From the NCBI GenBank assembly GCA_023205875.1, contig CP060756.1, positions 1,054,001-1,118,000 on the forward strand: 64,000 nt of DNA, given 5' to 3'. Source of the stretch: Chloropicon primus. Taxonomy: Eukaryota. Below, piece by piece: positions 40,135 through 52,879 of the stretch. The first letter of the stretch is position 1. Each line of letters starts with the position of its first letter. The position numbers and the translations under genes are program-made. The notes below the pieces were generated by a model that searched no databases, was not told where the DNA came from, and saw nothing but the letters and a program-made list of their open reading frames with translations.

Positions 40135-42177
40135 ATGAGTTCGTCGTCGAGCAAGGGCTTCCATGCCCCGACCAAAATCTATAAGCGTATCGCGACGAGC
40201 AGCAGGAATACCATGTACGTCAAGAATGCGGATTTTGATATCACCGACCGGGAAAGCCTGCAGAACCTGGCGGAGGACCCACAGCTAGCCATAGACAACA
40301 TCATGAAGAAGCACGTGACGAAGAGGCTGCTCATTCTCCCGACCTCGAGGTGGAAAAGGAGGTGGGAAATCATGATGGTCTTCGTGACTCTGTTCGTCGC
40401 CATTTCGGTGCCGTACAACATGGCGTTCACCTTGGACTACTCCGAGAGCCGGTGTAAAGGGGACACAAAGGCGGACAATTGTTACCCCCCGTTTCTTTTT
40501 GGTCTAGACGTCCTCGCGGACATCATTCTTGCCGCGGACATCGTACTGGTGTTCCTGTCAGCATACCACGGAGACCAGTTGGAGCTGGTGAAGGACTTGA
40601 GGCTGATAGCGAAGAAGTACGTCAAGTCCTTCTTCTTTCTGGATCTTTTGGCCCTCATTCCCTTCAACCAGCTCGCCAGTGCGATGAACCCGGACTCCGA
40701 CAAGGTGACCCTGAAGCTCTTGCTGGTCTTCAGGCTCCTTCGTCTAGGAAGGTTCTTGAAGAAGACTAACTTTGCCGTTGAGAGTATCTATGGCCTTGGC
40801 AAGTTGATCTGTGTGTACTTCATAGTAGGCCACTGGATGGGCTGTGCTCTCTTTTTCATGTCAAGGTATCAGATAGAAACAATGCCAGAACACGGCTTGA
40901 ACCACCTGAACGGGAACTTCCCTTGGGTGCTTGTAGATTACGCAGAAAACATAAGGACGGTCACCGCCGAGGACACGTCGAAGCAGAGGGATTTCTGCAA
41001 CTCGAACTTGTCCGATGACTTTGAGTGGGACATAGTAGATTATGAGTGGACGCTTTTCTGTGCAGACATCAAGACAAAGTACAGTTTTTCGCTATACTTT
41101 GCCATTACGACAATGGCTTCGGTGGGTTATGGCGACATCACTCCCATGACCAACATCGAGAGGAACTTTGCGATGCTTTTCGAGGTGGTTGGCTCACTCA
41201 TAGCGGCCCTTTTTTTCGCAAACATGGCCGTTCTTATCGCGGGGATTGATACGAGAGGCGACCGTTTGAGGGAGAAGCTGGGAGAAGTAAACCACTACAT
41301 CAAGACGAGGTGCATCCCCAAAGAGCTGGCTCAGAGGATGAAGGATGCGGTGGAGTACTGGTGGCAGGTTCACAGCGGACTGAACGTGAAAGACTACCTG
41401 GCGGACATACCAGTGACTCTTCGGATCGAGATCTTCAGCCACATCCAGAAGGGCTGCGTAGACAGGTGTCCGATCTTCGTTGATCTGAGTCAGGCTTTCT
41501 TGCGAAATATTACGCTGCACCTCCACCCGATATCTTTCCTTCCAAAAGACATGATTTTCTATCTCGGGGAGGCTGACAAGAGGATGTTCTTCATCACGGA
41601 AGGTTACGTGGAGTTCCTGGACGAGGACTACGTTCTCGTGAAAACAAAGGGGGAAGGGGATTTCTTTGGAGACTTCGAAGCGATATTCGATACAAGGTGC
41701 CAGATGTACGCCAGAGCTGCAACTGCTACTCACATGTATTACCTGGACTCTGTGGACATCCACAAGGTCATGGCCGATTTCCCCGAGTACGACTCCATCA
41801 TCCGTGGGCGCGTTCTGGGGACTATCAATAACGATCACGCCACAATAGCCGTGCACAGGAGGAAGAGCTTGATCACCAATTACGTGAGCAAGCAGTCGGA
41901 CCTCATTAAGGAGAAGAAGAAGCGGGGGGAAAAAGCGAGCTCTGTGATAAAGGCGCACGAGTACAAGGCGCAGGTGGAAAAGGCCCTGAAAGAGAAGAAC
42001 AAGACTGATATAAAAGATATAGAAGTGCGAGAAGAGGTCGAGGACGAGTCTCAGAGCCATACCAAGTTCCTCCTGAAGACGGTGGATGAACTGCAAGAAG
42101 AGATGAAGGACATCAACGCGGTCATGAAAGACTTGGAGAAGCACTACACGAAAACAAGCACAGAACTCAAAAAATAG
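40135..42177 (+). CDS. Voltage-gated K+ channel with cyclic-nucleotide-binding domain (EAG/KCNH-like)
   Basis: S4 FRLLRLGR, pore TTMASVGYGD, C-linker and CNBD (EGDFFGD), C-terminal coiled coil. Confidence 0.92.
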   Translation: MSSSSSKGFHAPTKIYKRIATSSRNTMYVKNADFDITDRESLQNLAEDPQLAIDNIMKKHVTKRLLILPTSRWKRRWEIMMVFVTLFVAISVPYNMAFTLDYSESRCKGDTKADNCYPPFLFGLDVLADIILAADIVLVFLSAYHGDQLELVKDLRLIAKKYVKSFFFLDLLALIPFNQLASAMNPDSDKVTLKLLLVFRLLRLGRFLKKTNFAVESIYGLGKLICVYFIVGHWMGCALFFMSRYQIETMPEHGLNHLNGNFPWVLVDYAENIRTVTAEDTSKQRDFCNSNLSDDFEWDIVDYEWTLFCADIKTKYSFSLYFAITTMASVGYGDITPMTNIERNFAMLFEVVGSLIAALFFANMAVLIAGIDTRGDRLREKLGEVNHYIKTRCIPKELAQRMKDAVEYWWQVHSGLNVKDYLADIPVTLRIEIFSHIQKGCVDRCPIFVDLSQAFLRNITLHLHPISFLPKDMIFYLGEADKRMFFITEGYVEFLDEDYVLVKTKGEGDFFGDFEAIFDTRCQMYARAATATHMYYLDSVDIHKVMADFPEYDSIIRGRVLGTINNDHATIAVHRRKSLITNYVSKQSDLIKEKKKRGEKASSVIKAHEYKAQVEKALKEKNKTDIKDIEVREEVEDESQSHTKFLLKTVDELQEEMKDINAVMKDLEKHYTKTSTELKK

Positions 42178-42275
42178 TTTTCCTTGGAGAAACAAATAAC
42201 AAAACAATTTTTACACAATACTGTTTACAAACGTTCCGGTTTGGACATTCATATACAAAACCAACTCAAGTCTTC

Positions 42276-43301
42276 CTAATTCTTCAGAGTGATTTCCAAG
42301 AGGGATTTGACCTGCGTCCTGCAGATGGGGCACTTGTTTGTCTGCTGCCTCAGCATCTGGGCGCAGTCGTGGCAGAGGCACATGTGGCGGCAAGGAAGAA
42401 GCGTGGTGTCCCTCGGCTCGCTCATGCAAATGACGCATTCTCTCCCGAGGTCGTCAGCGGGGGTTCCTGTCACCGCGCCCTCCCTGGCGTTTGCGTTCTC
42501 CAACCCATAAATTTCCTGCAGCTCGTAAGCCATGTTTTGAACCCAAATCTTCTGCTTGTGCACCTTAACCGAGTAAGAGCTCTCGTGCTTCTCCAAAACG
42601 GCGTAGGTGGTCTGGGACTGAACCCAGTCCAGCATTGGGCTCCCCACTGGTAGGTCGCTGAGGGAGTGATCCTGCAGCGCCTGGTCGGCGCTCACGCACT
42701 CCAGCCTGATGCAGATGGGCCACTTCTGTTCTGAGTCGTTTGCTTCTACTGTGGACAGCTGCTCCTCCACGTACGCTGCTGGCACGATGCCGTAAGATTT
42801 GTACTCGGACTTGTCCATGTTCTCCGGGGGGAAGGTGCACCCGAGCTGCTTCTCGTAAAACACTCTCTTGCCCGGGCTCTGCACGGAGGTCCTCAAACGG
42901 AGCTTCTCGCTGGAGCTCTCCGTCGCCAGGAAGAAGACGCTCACGCTGCAAGGCGCGCCGCAGTCGAACTTGAAGGTCGGGTAGTACACGCTAGGGTCGC
43001 TCTCGTCCTGAACCATCTTCAGCGTGTGCTTCTTCAAGTTCACGTCGTTGCGGATGGTCTTCGTCTTCTTCTTCTCAGTGGCCTGCTGCGGTTGCGGCTG
43101 CTGCGGCTGCGGCTGCCCGTAGAACCCACCTGGCTGCTGCTGGGTGTACTGAACCCTCCCCCTGCCCGGCCCGTTGTTGTACACAGTCGCTGGCTGGTAC
43201 CCTTGCTGATTCGAGTTTACGACGGTGAACCCGGACTGGTCCTCTGGACCGTGTCTCCTCTGCGCGACAACCGTCGAGGACCTTGAGGACGAGGCTCCCA
43301 T
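42276..43301 (-). CDS. RING E3 ubiquitin ligase LOG2/MGRN1 family
   Basis: N-terminal MG (myristoylation-type); TIRNDVNLKK; KQKIWV…YELQEIYG; ECVICMSEPRDTTLLPCRHMCLC…CPICR. Confidence 0.93.
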   Translation of the reverse strand: MGASSSRSSTVVAQRRHGPEDQSGFTVVNSNQQGYQPATVYNNGPGRGRVQYTQQQPGGFYGQPQPQQPQPQQATEKKKTKTIRNDVNLKKHTLKMVQDESDPSVYYPTFKFDCGAPCSVSVFFLATESSSEKLRLRTSVQSPGKRVFYEKQLGCTFPPENMDKSEYKSYGIVPAAYVEEQLSTVEANDSEQKWPICIRLECVSADQALQDHSLSDLPVGSPMLDWVQSQTTYAVLEKHESSYSVKVHKQKIWVQNMAYELQEIYGLENANAREGAVTGTPADDLGRECVICMSEPRDTTLLPCRHMCLCHDCAQMLRQQTNKCPICRTQVKSLLEITLKN

Positions 43302-43707
43302 CTTACGCTATCGAACTCGCTGGCACCAGTATCACGAAAAGCGAACGACGCGAAACCACGAACCGTCCCCACAACCTCAAAGACCACAAGGACGTCTTTC
43401 TTCCCCTGGACGCCTCGTTCGAGAGCGAAGCGCGCGCGCTGTCGTCACGCGAAAAGCTTGCAGAAAACGCGGAGGTCTCGGACCGCACCTCCTCACTGTT
43501 GAACCAACGCCAACCCCGTGTCCGCGTCGTCGTCGCTCGCTTGCCCTCCCTCCTCTGCTCTGGGGCCCCAACCAACCTCGAATTCATCTCCAACTTGGGA
43601 GGGGGATCCAAGACGGGGGGGGGGGGGGGTTTGGGGGGAAGTAACAACTTTTGGGTACCAATGGAGATTGATTCGTTGCAAGTGCACTTATTTGTTTCAG
43701 TTATATG

Positions 43708-46700
43708 TTATACCCCCGAGAGCCTCTTGAAGATGGCCTTCATTTTGCTTCCATCCTTGTGCAAGTTGGACTTCTTTGCGGCGTAGTTCCAGAGCTTTTC
43801 CTCCCTTTCGCTGGTGAACCCCTTTGCCTTGGCAACCGATTCGATGTGGTTGCCCACGCTTGCCAGGAACTCTTTCATCATCTCGAGCATCTTTTTCTTG
43901 TCCATCTTTTCTTTGTCCTGCTGGAGCTTCTTTATCTTCAGCAGCGTGGGCTTCATCTCGAGCATGATCTCGCTCACTGTCGCCTTTGGCTCTGGCTTCA
44001 CTCTCACCCTGACCTGTTGCGACGACCCCGAGGGCCTGGCCCTCTTCCTGCTCCCTGCTGCACCGGACCCGGACCCTGGCCTGGTCCCGGAGGTGACCTC
44101 CCTGAGCCTCCTCAGCAGCACGGTGGCGCGGTAGTACAAGTGAGACTCCGGGGTCTGCTTGGTGCCCGGCTCCGCCGAGTTGTCGATCTTCTCCGCGATC
44201 CCCAGGGACTCGTCGACCATCATCTTGTCCCAGGACCCGAAGCCGTGCTTGAAGACCCCGACAACGACCATGGCGTCGTCCTTGGGGCTCCAGGCCACCT
44301 TCCTGGCCCAGACCGGAGACCTCGGAAGCATACCGCCACCGAGCCTGAACTTGGCTGGGTCGTCCAGCACTCCCACCATCTCGTGCACGAGTTTCAGCTC
44401 CTCCAGCAAGTTTTTCGTGGATTTAACCTTCACGGCACTCCCGAAGAACCCCAAGGTCGGGTCCTTCTTCTTTTCTTCCGTCAAGCGGGCCTCCTTGGCC
44501 TTCTGCTGCTCCTCGCCCTCGCACTCCTCCGCCTGAATTTGGGCCTTCAGGTTCTCGTGCTCTTGGAGCGTCCTCGTCATGCTCTCACGAAGCAAGTCTT
44601 GCAGCTGATTCACGTGACCCTCGTTCAGGTTCGCAAAGAAAGCGCTCTCGTCCGCGGCATCCTCCAGGACCTTGGAACAGTCGTGAAACTTGCGAATGCT
44701 CTGAAGGAAGGTCTTGGCTTCCGAATTGCCGAATCCACTGGGGCCGCCCTCCCACTCAGAGATGCTGTAAATCGCGTGCTTGACCACCCTGATCTTCCCG
44801 TTCGAGGGCTGGCTCTTCTTCTTCCCAGTGGCCTTGGCCTTGCTCTTCTGCTTGGCCGAGGCTTCCGTGAAAGCCTCCTTCGCGATCTGCTCCTCTGCAT
44901 AGGACTGGGGCGCCGCCATCCTAGCTGCCCTTGGAAGGTAGAGCTCCATTTCCACTTCCTTCTGAGGGCGCTGCGACTCTGGAATCAGGCGCTCCCAGAA
45001 GGTCTTGTCGTCTTCTCCGTTTGACGTTTTGATGTCCGCAACTTTGAAGGAGGACAAAAAGCTAGACGCGCCAGAGCCCTTCTTGTCCTCAACGTGCTCT
45101 GCTCGCGCAAGAATGGCATCAAGATCCGTCGTGTTGCTTTTCAGTTCTGCTGCAGCCTTTTCATTCCCCTCCTTGTCTTCCTTGAAAAGGCCTTCCGCAC
45201 CAAACTTCAATATAGCAGCAAGGTCCTCCTTGTTGAACATCTGCTTCGCCGTGCTCTTTTTGCTCGAATTCAGGATAGTGCGCCCCGAGGTGTCCATCTG
45301 CTGGATGACCAACTGGTCGAGGACCATTTTCTGCTTTGCTCTCTCAATAATGTCCTCTTCGACGGACTGCCCGGTCACAAAGCGGTAGATGTTCACGGCA
45401 TCCTTCTGGCCTATTCTATGCGCACGGCTCATGGCTTGAAGATCGTTTTGGGGGTTCCAGTCGCTATCAAATATGACAACAGTATCTGCCGTGGCAAGGT
45501 TGATGCCCAAACCACCCGCTCGGGTAGAAAGGAGAAAGATGAAGTCCTCTGAGCCAGGCGCATTGAAGTGCTCCATGGCTTGGTGCCTGGCTTGCGCATT
45601 GGTGGACCCGTCTAATTGCTGGTACCTGTAACCCTTAAGCTTGCAGTAGTCCGACAGGATGGTCAACATCCTAACCATTTGGCTGAAAATGAGCACGCGA
45701 TGACCGCCTTCCTTGAGCCGCTGAAGGAGTTTGTCCAGCAAAGACAGCTTTCCGCTGGCAAGAACCAACGTCAGGAGCCTCGAAGCCGAGTCATTTGTGT
45801 TGTAATGCTGCTCTTCAACGGATTCAAACAAAAAGGGGTGGTTGCAACACTTTTTCAGCTCCACCACGATGTTGAGCAGCGACACGTGCCCAGATCCTTT
45901 CACGCCCTTGTTGAGCTCGCTGAAGTTCTTCTCCAAAATGTCCTTGTAGTACTTCCTCTGGAGCGGGGACATTTCCACCCTGAGAATTCTCTCCGTTTTG
46001 GGCGGGAGGCTCTTCTCAACATCTTTAATGGTACGCCGAAGAAGATGGGGTCTGAGGTCCTCGTGCAAGTTCTTGAGGCCATCCGCCTCGTTCATGTCGT
46101 GGCTTTCTTCGAACTCTTCGCAGGACGAGAATTCCTTGGGGTGCAAGAAGTGCAGCAAAGCCCACAGCTCCTTGACGTTGTTCTGGAGGGGTGTTCCGGT
46201 GATCAACAACCTCGTCTTGCAATGGAAGCTCGACAGTTCCCTGTACAGCGAGCTCTCGTTGTTTTTCAACCTGTGAGCCTCGTCAACCATTAGGTAGGTC
46301 CATTGGATTGGCTTCATGAACGCGCTGTCCTTCAAAACGACCTCGTAAGTCGTCAGAAGAACGTTCATTTTGTATCGCCTTCCCTTATTGTTGTTGCTGT
46401 TGTACACCTCGTACTGCCGGATGACCTCCCTGGACTGACCGTCTCCCACATAAACAACCGTGTTGAGGCCTGGCGCCCAGATGTTGAACTCCTTCTTCCA
46501 GTTTGGCAGAGTCGAAAGTGGCACCACCACGAGGAAGGGCCCCGTCAAGTCCAATTCCTCAAACAGGAAGTTGAGCATCGTGACACCCTGAATTGTTTTT
46601 CCCAGACCCATTTCGTCTGCCAAGATGCAGTTGCTGTTCCTCGCCCAGCAAGCCGCCATGTAATTGAGTCCATCGAGCTGGTACGAGCGGAGCGTGCCCG

Positions 46701-47970
46701 TGACGTAGCTCGGTTGAGATTTGAAAAGCTTTCCTCCCTGTTGCCTCAGCTTTTGCAGCAAGCCGCTGCGCTGGTTCTCTATCCCGGATCCCGTTTCCCT
46801 CCCCCTCTGCTGGAACGCTTGGAACTTGTCCAAATGGTCATGCGCAGAGCATCTATCGATCACCTCTGCGGCCTCCCAGGTGCATTCCGAGTACGGCAGG
46901 CCATTCCACTTGATCAGGTAGCAAGTGCCGTGGTTCTCACAGTCCTGCTCCTCAACGATTCTGTCGATCTCCATGTGCTGCTCGACCAGTTGGAGCTCCA
47001 TCTCCTTCTCCACGTCCATCTGCTCGATCTCCTCGGGTGACAGGTACGGCTTCTTGGCCTCCGCGTCCTTGACCTTCCTCATGTAATTGCTTATCCTCTT
47101 GTAGCCGTTCAGTAACTGGAGGTCCTCATCAAACTCCCAAGTGCTGTAGATGTAGGCCCTTCTCTGCCACTTGACGTAAAGCTTCAGGGTCTTGGACTCG
47201 TCGTCGTCGTCGTCCTCGTTCACCTCCCATCTGTGATCTATCACTCTTTCGATGTCGTAGTCTTGGTCGTCCAGGGCCTCCGTGGCGGACACGAGGGCAG
47301 GTATCTTCGGGGCCACAGCCTCCTTGGCGCTCTGCTTGCTCCACCTCATGTGGTCGACCTCGTCGTCCTCGTACAGGGCCTCGTCGTCCTCGTCATTCTC
47401 CTTGTAGTTGATCTTCTTGCGGTCCCGCGTGAAGTCGTTGCTTCTCGTCGTGCGGCTGTGGACCGGAATGTAGTACTCTTCTTCATCCTCTTCGCTCGAC
47501 TCCGAGCTCAAGCTCTTCCGCCGCGAACGCGGCTTCGAGGCTCCCTTCAGCTTCACCTTGAGGCTCAGCCCCCCGTTGCCGCCGCCCGTCTTCCTCCGCT
47601 TCGCCTGGGTTCGCTTCCTGCCGCTGGGCTCGGGGGCGCTCACGTTGTGTTGGCTCGTGCGCTTGGGCCGCCCCCTCAGCCCATTCATTTCCCTGTCCAG
47701 CCTTCTTGCGATCTCAGCGTCGTCGAGAACCGCGTCTCCGCCCTTCCCCTCCCCACTATCCGAGTCGTCCGCGTAGTCAATCCCCTCGCTCCCCTCGTTC
47801 TCCTCCTCGTTCTCCTCCGAGGAGCTCGTCTCCTCCTCGCTCTCGCTCCTCGCTCCCCTCACCCTCGCTTGAGGTGCTACCGGCACGCCGAAGTCCTCGT
47901 CACTCCCGTCGTCCCCGCTCGACACGTCGTCCTCCATGGGGTCAACGTCACTGTACACGTCGTCCTCCAT
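43708..47970 (-). CDS. CHD1-type chromatin remodeler (double chromodomain + SNF2 ATPase), CHR5-like
   Basis: LYVKW…TWE and [16 protein letters not shown] chromodomains; [42 protein letters not shown]-like WSPKDD…GFGSW. Confidence 0.95.
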   Translation of the reverse strand: MEDDVYSDVDPMEDDVSSGDDGSDEDFGVPVAPQARVRGARSESEEETSSSEENEEENEGSEGIDYADDSDSGEGKGGDAVLDDAEIARRLDREMNGLRGRPKRTSQHNVSAPEPSGRKRTQAKRRKTGGGNGGLSLKVKLKGASKPRSRRKSLSSESSEEDEEEYYIPVHSRTTRSNDFTRDRKKINYKENDEDDEALYEDDEVDHMRWSKQSAKEAVAPKIPALVSATEALDDQDYDIERVIDHRWEVNEDDDDDESKTLKLYVKWQRRAYIYSTWEFDEDLQLLNGYKRISNYMRKVKDAEAKKPYLSPEEIEQMDVEKEMELQLVEQHMEIDRIVEEQDCENHGTCYLIKWNGLPYSECTWEAAEVIDRCSAHDHLDKFQAFQQRGRETGSGIENQRSGLLQKLRQQGGKLFKSQPSYVTGTLRSYQLDGLNYMAACWARNSNCILADEMGLGKTIQGVTMLNFLFEELDLTGPFLVVVPLSTLPNWKKEFNIWAPGLNTVVYVGDGQSREVIRQYEVYNSNNNKGRRYKMNVLLTTYEVVLKDSAFMKPIQWTYLMVDEAHRLKNNESSLYRELSSFHCKTRLLITGTPLQNNVKELWALLHFLHPKEFSSCEEFEESHDMNEADGLKNLHEDLRPHLLRRTIKDVEKSLPPKTERILRVEMSPLQRKYYKDILEKNFSELNKGVKGSGHVSLLNIVVELKKCCNHPFLFESVEEQHYNTNDSASRLLTLVLASGKLSLLDKLLQRLKEGGHRVLIFSQMVRMLTILSDYCKLKGYRYQQLDGSTNAQARHQAMEHFNAPGSEDFIFLLSTRAGGLGINLATADTVVIFDSDWNPQNDLQAMSRAHRIGQKDAVNIYRFVTGQSVEEDIIERAKQKMVLDQLVIQQMDTSGRTILNSSKKSTAKQMFNKEDLAAILKFGAEGLFKEDKEGNEKAAAELKSNTTDLDAILARAEHVEDKKGSGASSFLSSFKVADIKTSNGEDDKTFWERLIPESQRPQKEVEMELYLPRAARMAAPQSYAEEQIAKEAFTEASAKQKSKAKATGKKKSQPSNGKIRVVKHAIYSISEWEGGPSGFGNSEAKTFLQSIRKFHDCSKVLEDAADESAFFANLNEGHVNQLQDLLRESMTRTLQEHENLKAQIQAEECEGEEQQKAKEARLTEEKKKDPTLGFFGSAVKVKSTKNLLEELKLVHEMVGVLDDPAKFRLGGGMLPRSPVWARKVAWSPKDDAMVVVGVFKHGFGSWDKMMVDESLGIAEKIDNSAEPGTKQTPESHLYYRATVLLRRLREVTSGTRPGSGSGAAGSRKRARPSGSSQQVRVRVKPEPKATVSEIMLEMKPTLLKIKKLQQDKEKMDKKKMLEMMKEFLASVGNHIESVAKAKGFTSEREEKLWNYAAKKSNLHKDGSKMKAIFKRLSGV

Positions 47971-48258
47971 GGTGTCGACGCCTCCGCCCTCCCTCTCCGC
48001 CCTCCCTCTCCGCCCCTCAGGCCTCGCGCGCGCGATCGATCAACACCCTCGCGATCGCGATTCCGTCGTCGTCTTCCCTTCCCTGCCGCGATTTCGCGTC
48101 TACCACACGAGGGAGGGATTGGGATGGGGATGGGAACTACCATCCTCGGGAGGGAGGAGAGTGCACTTGCACTCAGCAAGGAGTCCAAGGAAGGTTGTCA
48201 TGGTGTTATTACACAGGAAGGTTTATGTGCGCACGTGTGTGTGAGTGTTTGTGTGTGG

Positions 48259-49412
48259 TTAATAATTCATCTGGTAACGATCATCACCGCCGCCGTACCT
48301 CTGTTCACTCAGAACCCTGTTGGTGTCCTTGATGAGGACTCTGAGCTTCTTTTTCAGGGTCCTGATCGCGCCCACGACGATCTCGTGGGGGGGGAGGGAA
48401 CCCGTGGACTCTACCGTGAACACAAAGTGCTCGGGCTTTTCCTTGATCAGTATGGCCCCCGAGACTCCCAGCAACTCCGCCTTCCTCACGATCTCGTCGT
48501 CGTACGTGTACTGGTCAGAGTTCACCACCTCCACCTCCTTGCTATCTGGATTCACTTTGAAGATCTTGGTCGGGCACGAGTCCACCAGCTCCTCCTTCTG
48601 ACCCTCCGTGAGCTTGGAGAGCATCTGGTTGTTTATATGTATGATGGGTGGGATGCGAAACACGACGGTGGCGCAGGGATTCCACTTTGCGTGATCCTTG
48701 CCTATACCCTTTCTCACCGTGGCTTTCAGACTGATCGCCTGCCCCGGCTTCAGCTTCATGATGACGATAGGCCTCTTCGCCGGGTTGTCATACTGTCTGT
48801 AATCGATCGGAGCGATGCCCGGGAACCTGGGGTCTAATTCTATGTCGTCACTCGTCACCAGCGTCGGCTCGTCGTTCTCCGACCCTTTGTCCTCCCCTAT
48901 GGCGTTCAGTTTGAACACGACTTCCGTGGGAGCCTCTTCGCGCTCGATGGGGTAGCCCGTGTTCGGATCGATCTCCTCCTCCTCGTCCGACTCGTCCTCC
49001 TCGTACCACGCCTTGAAGTCGTTCACCCTCGTGCTCAGGATGGGAATCAAACCCTATTATAACAGACAACGTGTGTCAGAGACGACGGTGGTGGTTCACA
49101 TGTTTATTTCGAACCGTGCGAGAGCCGTGCCAGGGAACAAGCGGGCAGACACGAAGCGGGAAAGCCCCTGGAACGGGGGAGGCGAAGGAAACTTACCAGG
49201 CGGTGCGTGATGAACTCATCGTTCAGAACTGTGTTGTTGTAGTGGATCTCCACGAGATCAATAGCGAGAGTCGGGACTTCGCTCAACATGACTCGCCGCA
49301 GCGCATTTGCCACACTCAGATCCGTGTCCAGGAGCTCAAAGTTCAGTGCCTCTGACGTGCTCGAGAGTATGTTCACCTTGGGATCCCTTGGCCGGCACGT
49401 TCCGGAAGCCAT
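48259..49412 (-). CDS. RPB3: RNA polymerase II subunit RPB3; exons 49412-49197, 49053-48259
   Basis: TDLSVANALRRVMLSEVPTLAIDLV…DEFITHRL|GLIP…KGIGKDHAKWNP…FTVESTGSL; 143-bp GTAAGT…TAG intron. Confidence 0.95.
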
Positions 49413-49710
49413 GGTTCCCCACCACCCTAATGACTCTCCCTCTCTCTCGCCCGTCACTCCTTTTCCCTTCGCGACACCCTGTCGTCTTCCGCGTTGGACT
49501 GGATCACTTCCTTCGCTTGCGCCTTCCACAACGACCGTCTTGCCTCCCCGACCCCTCGCTCCCCTCTCGCCTTCTCTCTCTCTCTCTCTCTCTTCCCGCC
49601 GTCCCAGACAGGAGAGGCGGTTTCAAAGAAAGGCTGGGAGACAAGGAGAGGAGACAGAGAGAGACATTGTTACGAAAAGGGTGAGGAGAGGAGATAGAGA
49701 GAGAGAGAGG

Positions 49711-51003
49711 ATGGTGTCTGCGAGAAGCGCAGTATGCCTGGCTTTGGTGGTTTTGGTGGCAGCCTTGGCGGAGGCGAGAATAGACAAAGTGAAGCTGAAC
49801 CACGACGACAGGTCGGTGATTCTGGTGGCAGAGCCTTTCGGTTTTAACGAGAACGGTGTGATAGAGATGGAGATCTCGAAAGCGACGGTGTTTCTGCCCG
49901 AGGGGTCGCCGCAAGCCGACAAGACGAGGATAGGAGTGGTTCTCGTGACCGACGACGCGGACGCCGAAGTTATGAGGCCTTCGACGGACAGCGGATGCCT
50001 CCTGGACGAGGAGAACGCTCGAGTTCTGTACACCCTCGAGGAGGTCGAGAACAACAGGGCGAAAGACGGGATCTTTTACTACCGGAACTCCATCACGGAG
50101 GGTAGCGGGGGGATTTACTCCCTTTTCTTCGCCAACTGCGTGGAAGACAGCGATGTGACGCTGTCCATGGCCACCTCCCTCTACAACGCTCTGCCAGGCG
50201 GAGGGAAAGACTACCTCTCCGCGGGCAAGAAGCTCCTCCCCGGGGTCTATATGTTCATGTTCATCTGCTCCCTGGCCATGCTTGGCGTGTGGGGCAGCTT
50301 GCTGTCCAAGAGGCGCAACCACGTGCAGCGCATCCACTTCCTCATGCTCGTGCTGATAATCTTCAAGGCCCTAACGCTTCTGTCGCAGTACGGCATGAAC
50401 CACTACATCCAGAAGACCGGCGACCCGGAGGGCTGGAACATCGCGTACTACGTCTTCACGTTCCTTAGGGGGCTGATGTTCTTCACCGTGATCATCTTGC
50501 TGGGGACGGGGTACTCCTACTTCAAGCCCTTCCTCTCCGACAACGAGAAGAAGCTGTTGATGGTGGTGATCCCCCTTCAGGTCCTTGCGAACATCGCCAT
50601 TATCATTATGGACGAGGACAGCCCCGCTGACAGGGACTGGTTCACTTGGAGGGACATCTTCCACCTCCTGGACATCATCTGCTGTTGCGCTGTTCTCTTC
50701 CCGATCGTGTGGTCCATCAAAAGACTCAGGGAAGCTGCTACCACGGACGGGAAGGCTGCCAGGAACATGCAGAAGCTCGCCCTCTTCAAGCAGTTCTACA
50801 TCATGGTCGTCGCCTACGTGTACTTTACTCGAATCATCGTGTACCTGCTGCAGGCGACGCTCCCGTACCAGTACACTTGGCTTGGTGACGCGGCGGGCGA
50901 GGTTGCGACTCTCGCGTTTTACTTGACCACTGGAATCAAGTTCCAGCCAGCCCAGCACAATCCTTACCTTTCCCTTGAAGAGGCAGAGATGGCGGAACTG
51001 TAA
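49711..51003 (+). CDS. GPR107/GPR108 (lung 7-TM, CAND6/7-like) membrane protein
   Basis: Signal peptide, FGF…G, YSLFFANC, YLSAG, seven TMs, DIICCCAVLFPIVWSI, TDGKAA, YVYFTRIIV. Confidence 0.93.
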   Translation: MVSARSAVCLALVVLVAALAEARIDKVKLNHDDRSVILVAEPFGFNENGVIEMEISKATVFLPEGSPQADKTRIGVVLVTDDADAEVMRPSTDSGCLLDEENARVLYTLEEVENNRAKDGIFYYRNSITEGSGGIYSLFFANCVEDSDVTLSMATSLYNALPGGGKDYLSAGKKLLPGVYMFMFICSLAMLGVWGSLLSKRRNHVQRIHFLMLVLIIFKALTLLSQYGMNHYIQKTGDPEGWNIAYYVFTFLRGLMFFTVIILLGTGYSYFKPFLSDNEKKLLMVVIPLQVLANIAIIIMDEDSPADRDWFTWRDIFHLLDIICCCAVLFPIVWSIKRLREAATTDGKAARNMQKLALFKQFYIMVVAYVYFTRIIVYLLQATLPYQYTWLGDAAGEVATLAFYLTTGIKFQPAQHNPYLSLEEAEMAEL

Positions 51004-51331
51004 GTCCAAGCAATCCTAGCAATAATAATAACAATCGTTAAACGTGTAATGCCGAGCCCTTTGTACCATTAGACACTCCTGTGCTTCCTTCTCCCCTTCG
51101 TGTTTGCTCCACAAACAACAACAAAAAATATGAATTTTCTCCGGTGTCAAGCAAAGGCTGGACCGACCTTGGTGAACCTCGGAGAGAGAGTGTGTGTGTG
51201 CGTCTCTCGATAAGGGTGGGGAGCAGAGACCACGCGGGATTTTCGCTCCATGGCGCTAAAAATTAATCTGAAAGTCTCCTAACTGGCGCCCGTGTTTTGT
51301 TCCAGCCCAGACTGCTATCGGTCGAACCACC

Positions 51332-52783
51332 ATGTCGTCTCCAGTAGTTCGAAAGGAAAGCAGCGAGGTAGAGGAGAAGTTTGTCTCCCTCGTGCTCTTC
51401 ACGGATGAGGAGGAGGACTCCTCGTCGGTGGGCAGGCGGAGCCAGAGCCACAGTGGGGAGGCCGGGCCAACAGCTACGTCCCTGTCGGGGAGGGACCGGG
51501 AGATACTCCAGCTTCGACAAGAGATAGAAGAGACAGAGGCTCTCGCCAAAAAGTATCAGCAGTCCAGGAAGGGCCTGGAGGCCTCGGTCGAGCTGCTGGA
51601 GCAGGTTCTCATGTCCAAGCTTCAGCTTTACGGTCCAGAGGCGGAGGAAGTGTTCGATACGTGCGAGCAGCTCACGCTTGCCTATAACACTTATGCCATG
51701 AAGCTCATCGACAGGGAGGATTACGATGGGGCCCACGAGCTGTTGAAGAAAGCGGAGGTGCTCACCGACAAGGACTCGGAGCTGAGCCGCACGAGGAAAC
51801 CTGTGCTGAGGCTTCGGGCCGTGACATTCAACAATCTTGGTTGTCTTTACAAGCACAGGAGGAACTTTTACACCGCCATAAAGTATCTCGAGAAGGCTCT
51901 GAATATCGAGGAGACCACCTCATACGCCGAGAACCCGGCGTCGACGCACCTCAATCTGTGCGCGACCCTGAGCATGTGCGGGAGGCACGACAAGGCCCTC
52001 TCGTACGCCAACGCGGCATTGAAGATCCTGACCCGGCAGCTGGGCCTCAAAACCCACTCCAAGCTGAGTGACTTCAAGGAAGCGCACGCCCGTGACAAGT
52101 CCAACCAAAAGCTTCTTGGCACCCTGGCGATCGCCTACCACAATGCCGCGACGCAGCACGAGTACCTTAGTCAGTTTGAGGAGGCGATCCACTGCTACAA
52201 CCAAGCCAAAGTCGTTGGAGGGCTTTGCTGGCTGTGCAACAGCCCGATGGCCACCTCGCTGAGGCAGTCCCACGCAGAGTTCAAGGAAAAGCTGTCGAGG
52301 CGGAAGGTACCGGCGAGGGTGGGCCATCCGGGGGCACGGGTCCCGCCTTCGGGACGGAGGCAGAGACCTCAGAGCGCTGGACCGCGGCTGGGGCGGTCCC
52401 CGCAGTCCCTTTCCACCTCCTTCCCCTCATCGTCGTCCAGCGCAGCGGCACTGCCACCAGCCTCGACCAGAAGCCAAAGACTGAGGAAGAAGAGGCCGGC
52501 AAGTGCGGGGCGGGCCAAAAGATTTGCCAAGGTCCCGATAGACACGGTTCGAATATATCGTGGCGAACCCCCCTGGATGCAAAAGGATGCAAAAGAGAAC
52601 CGCTGTGTGGCCCCGACGAAAACGAAACCAGAGTTCGACACCAGGCCTTCTTCGGCCAGTCTCATCGGGAGAGACTCTGACTCTCCCAGCAGCACAAGGA
52701 CAGCGCTGCGGGAGAAAGGCGTGCCGAGATACATGCAAGGAACCGGGGGGAGAAGCAATCGTCTCAGGTCGGCGGTTGTGTAG
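51332..52783 (+). CDS. TPR-repeat protein with basic low-complexity C-terminus
   Basis: AVTFNNLGCLY…AIKYLEKAL…THLNLCATLS…H..AL…AIAYHN; RPxSA repeats in the tail. Confidence 0.85.
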   Translation: MSSPVVRKESSEVEEKFVSLVLFTDEEEDSSSVGRRSQSHSGEAGPTATSLSGRDREILQLRQEIEETEALAKKYQQSRKGLEASVELLEQVLMSKLQLYGPEAEEVFDTCEQLTLAYNTYAMKLIDREDYDGAHELLKKAEVLTDKDSELSRTRKPVLRLRAVTFNNLGCLYKHRRNFYTAIKYLEKALNIEETTSYAENPASTHLNLCATLSMCGRHDKALSYANAALKILTRQLGLKTHSKLSDFKEAHARDKSNQKLLGTLAIAYHNAATQHEYLSQFEEAIHCYNQAKVVGGLCWLCNSPMATSLRQSHAEFKEKLSRRKVPARVGHPGARVPPSGRRQRPQSAGPRLGRSPQSLSTSFPSSSSSAAALPPASTRSQRLRKKRPASAGRAKRFAKVPIDTVRIYRGEPPWMQKDAKENRCVAPTKTKPEFDTRPSSASLIGRDSDSPSSTRTALREKGVPRYMQGTGGRSNRLRSAVV

Positions 52784-52879
52784 ACGGATAGCGAGAACAC
52801 GAACTCAAAATAAGTGAATCCAATTGGGTTCAATTTCATCAATTTATATAGTAAGTAGTAAGGACCAATAGGCTGCCTA

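Noticed and set aside
21675..42177. Functional cluster of cNMP signalling genes (PDE + CNBD channel)
   Set aside because: 15 kb apart with unrelated housekeeping genes between; no evidence of linkage.
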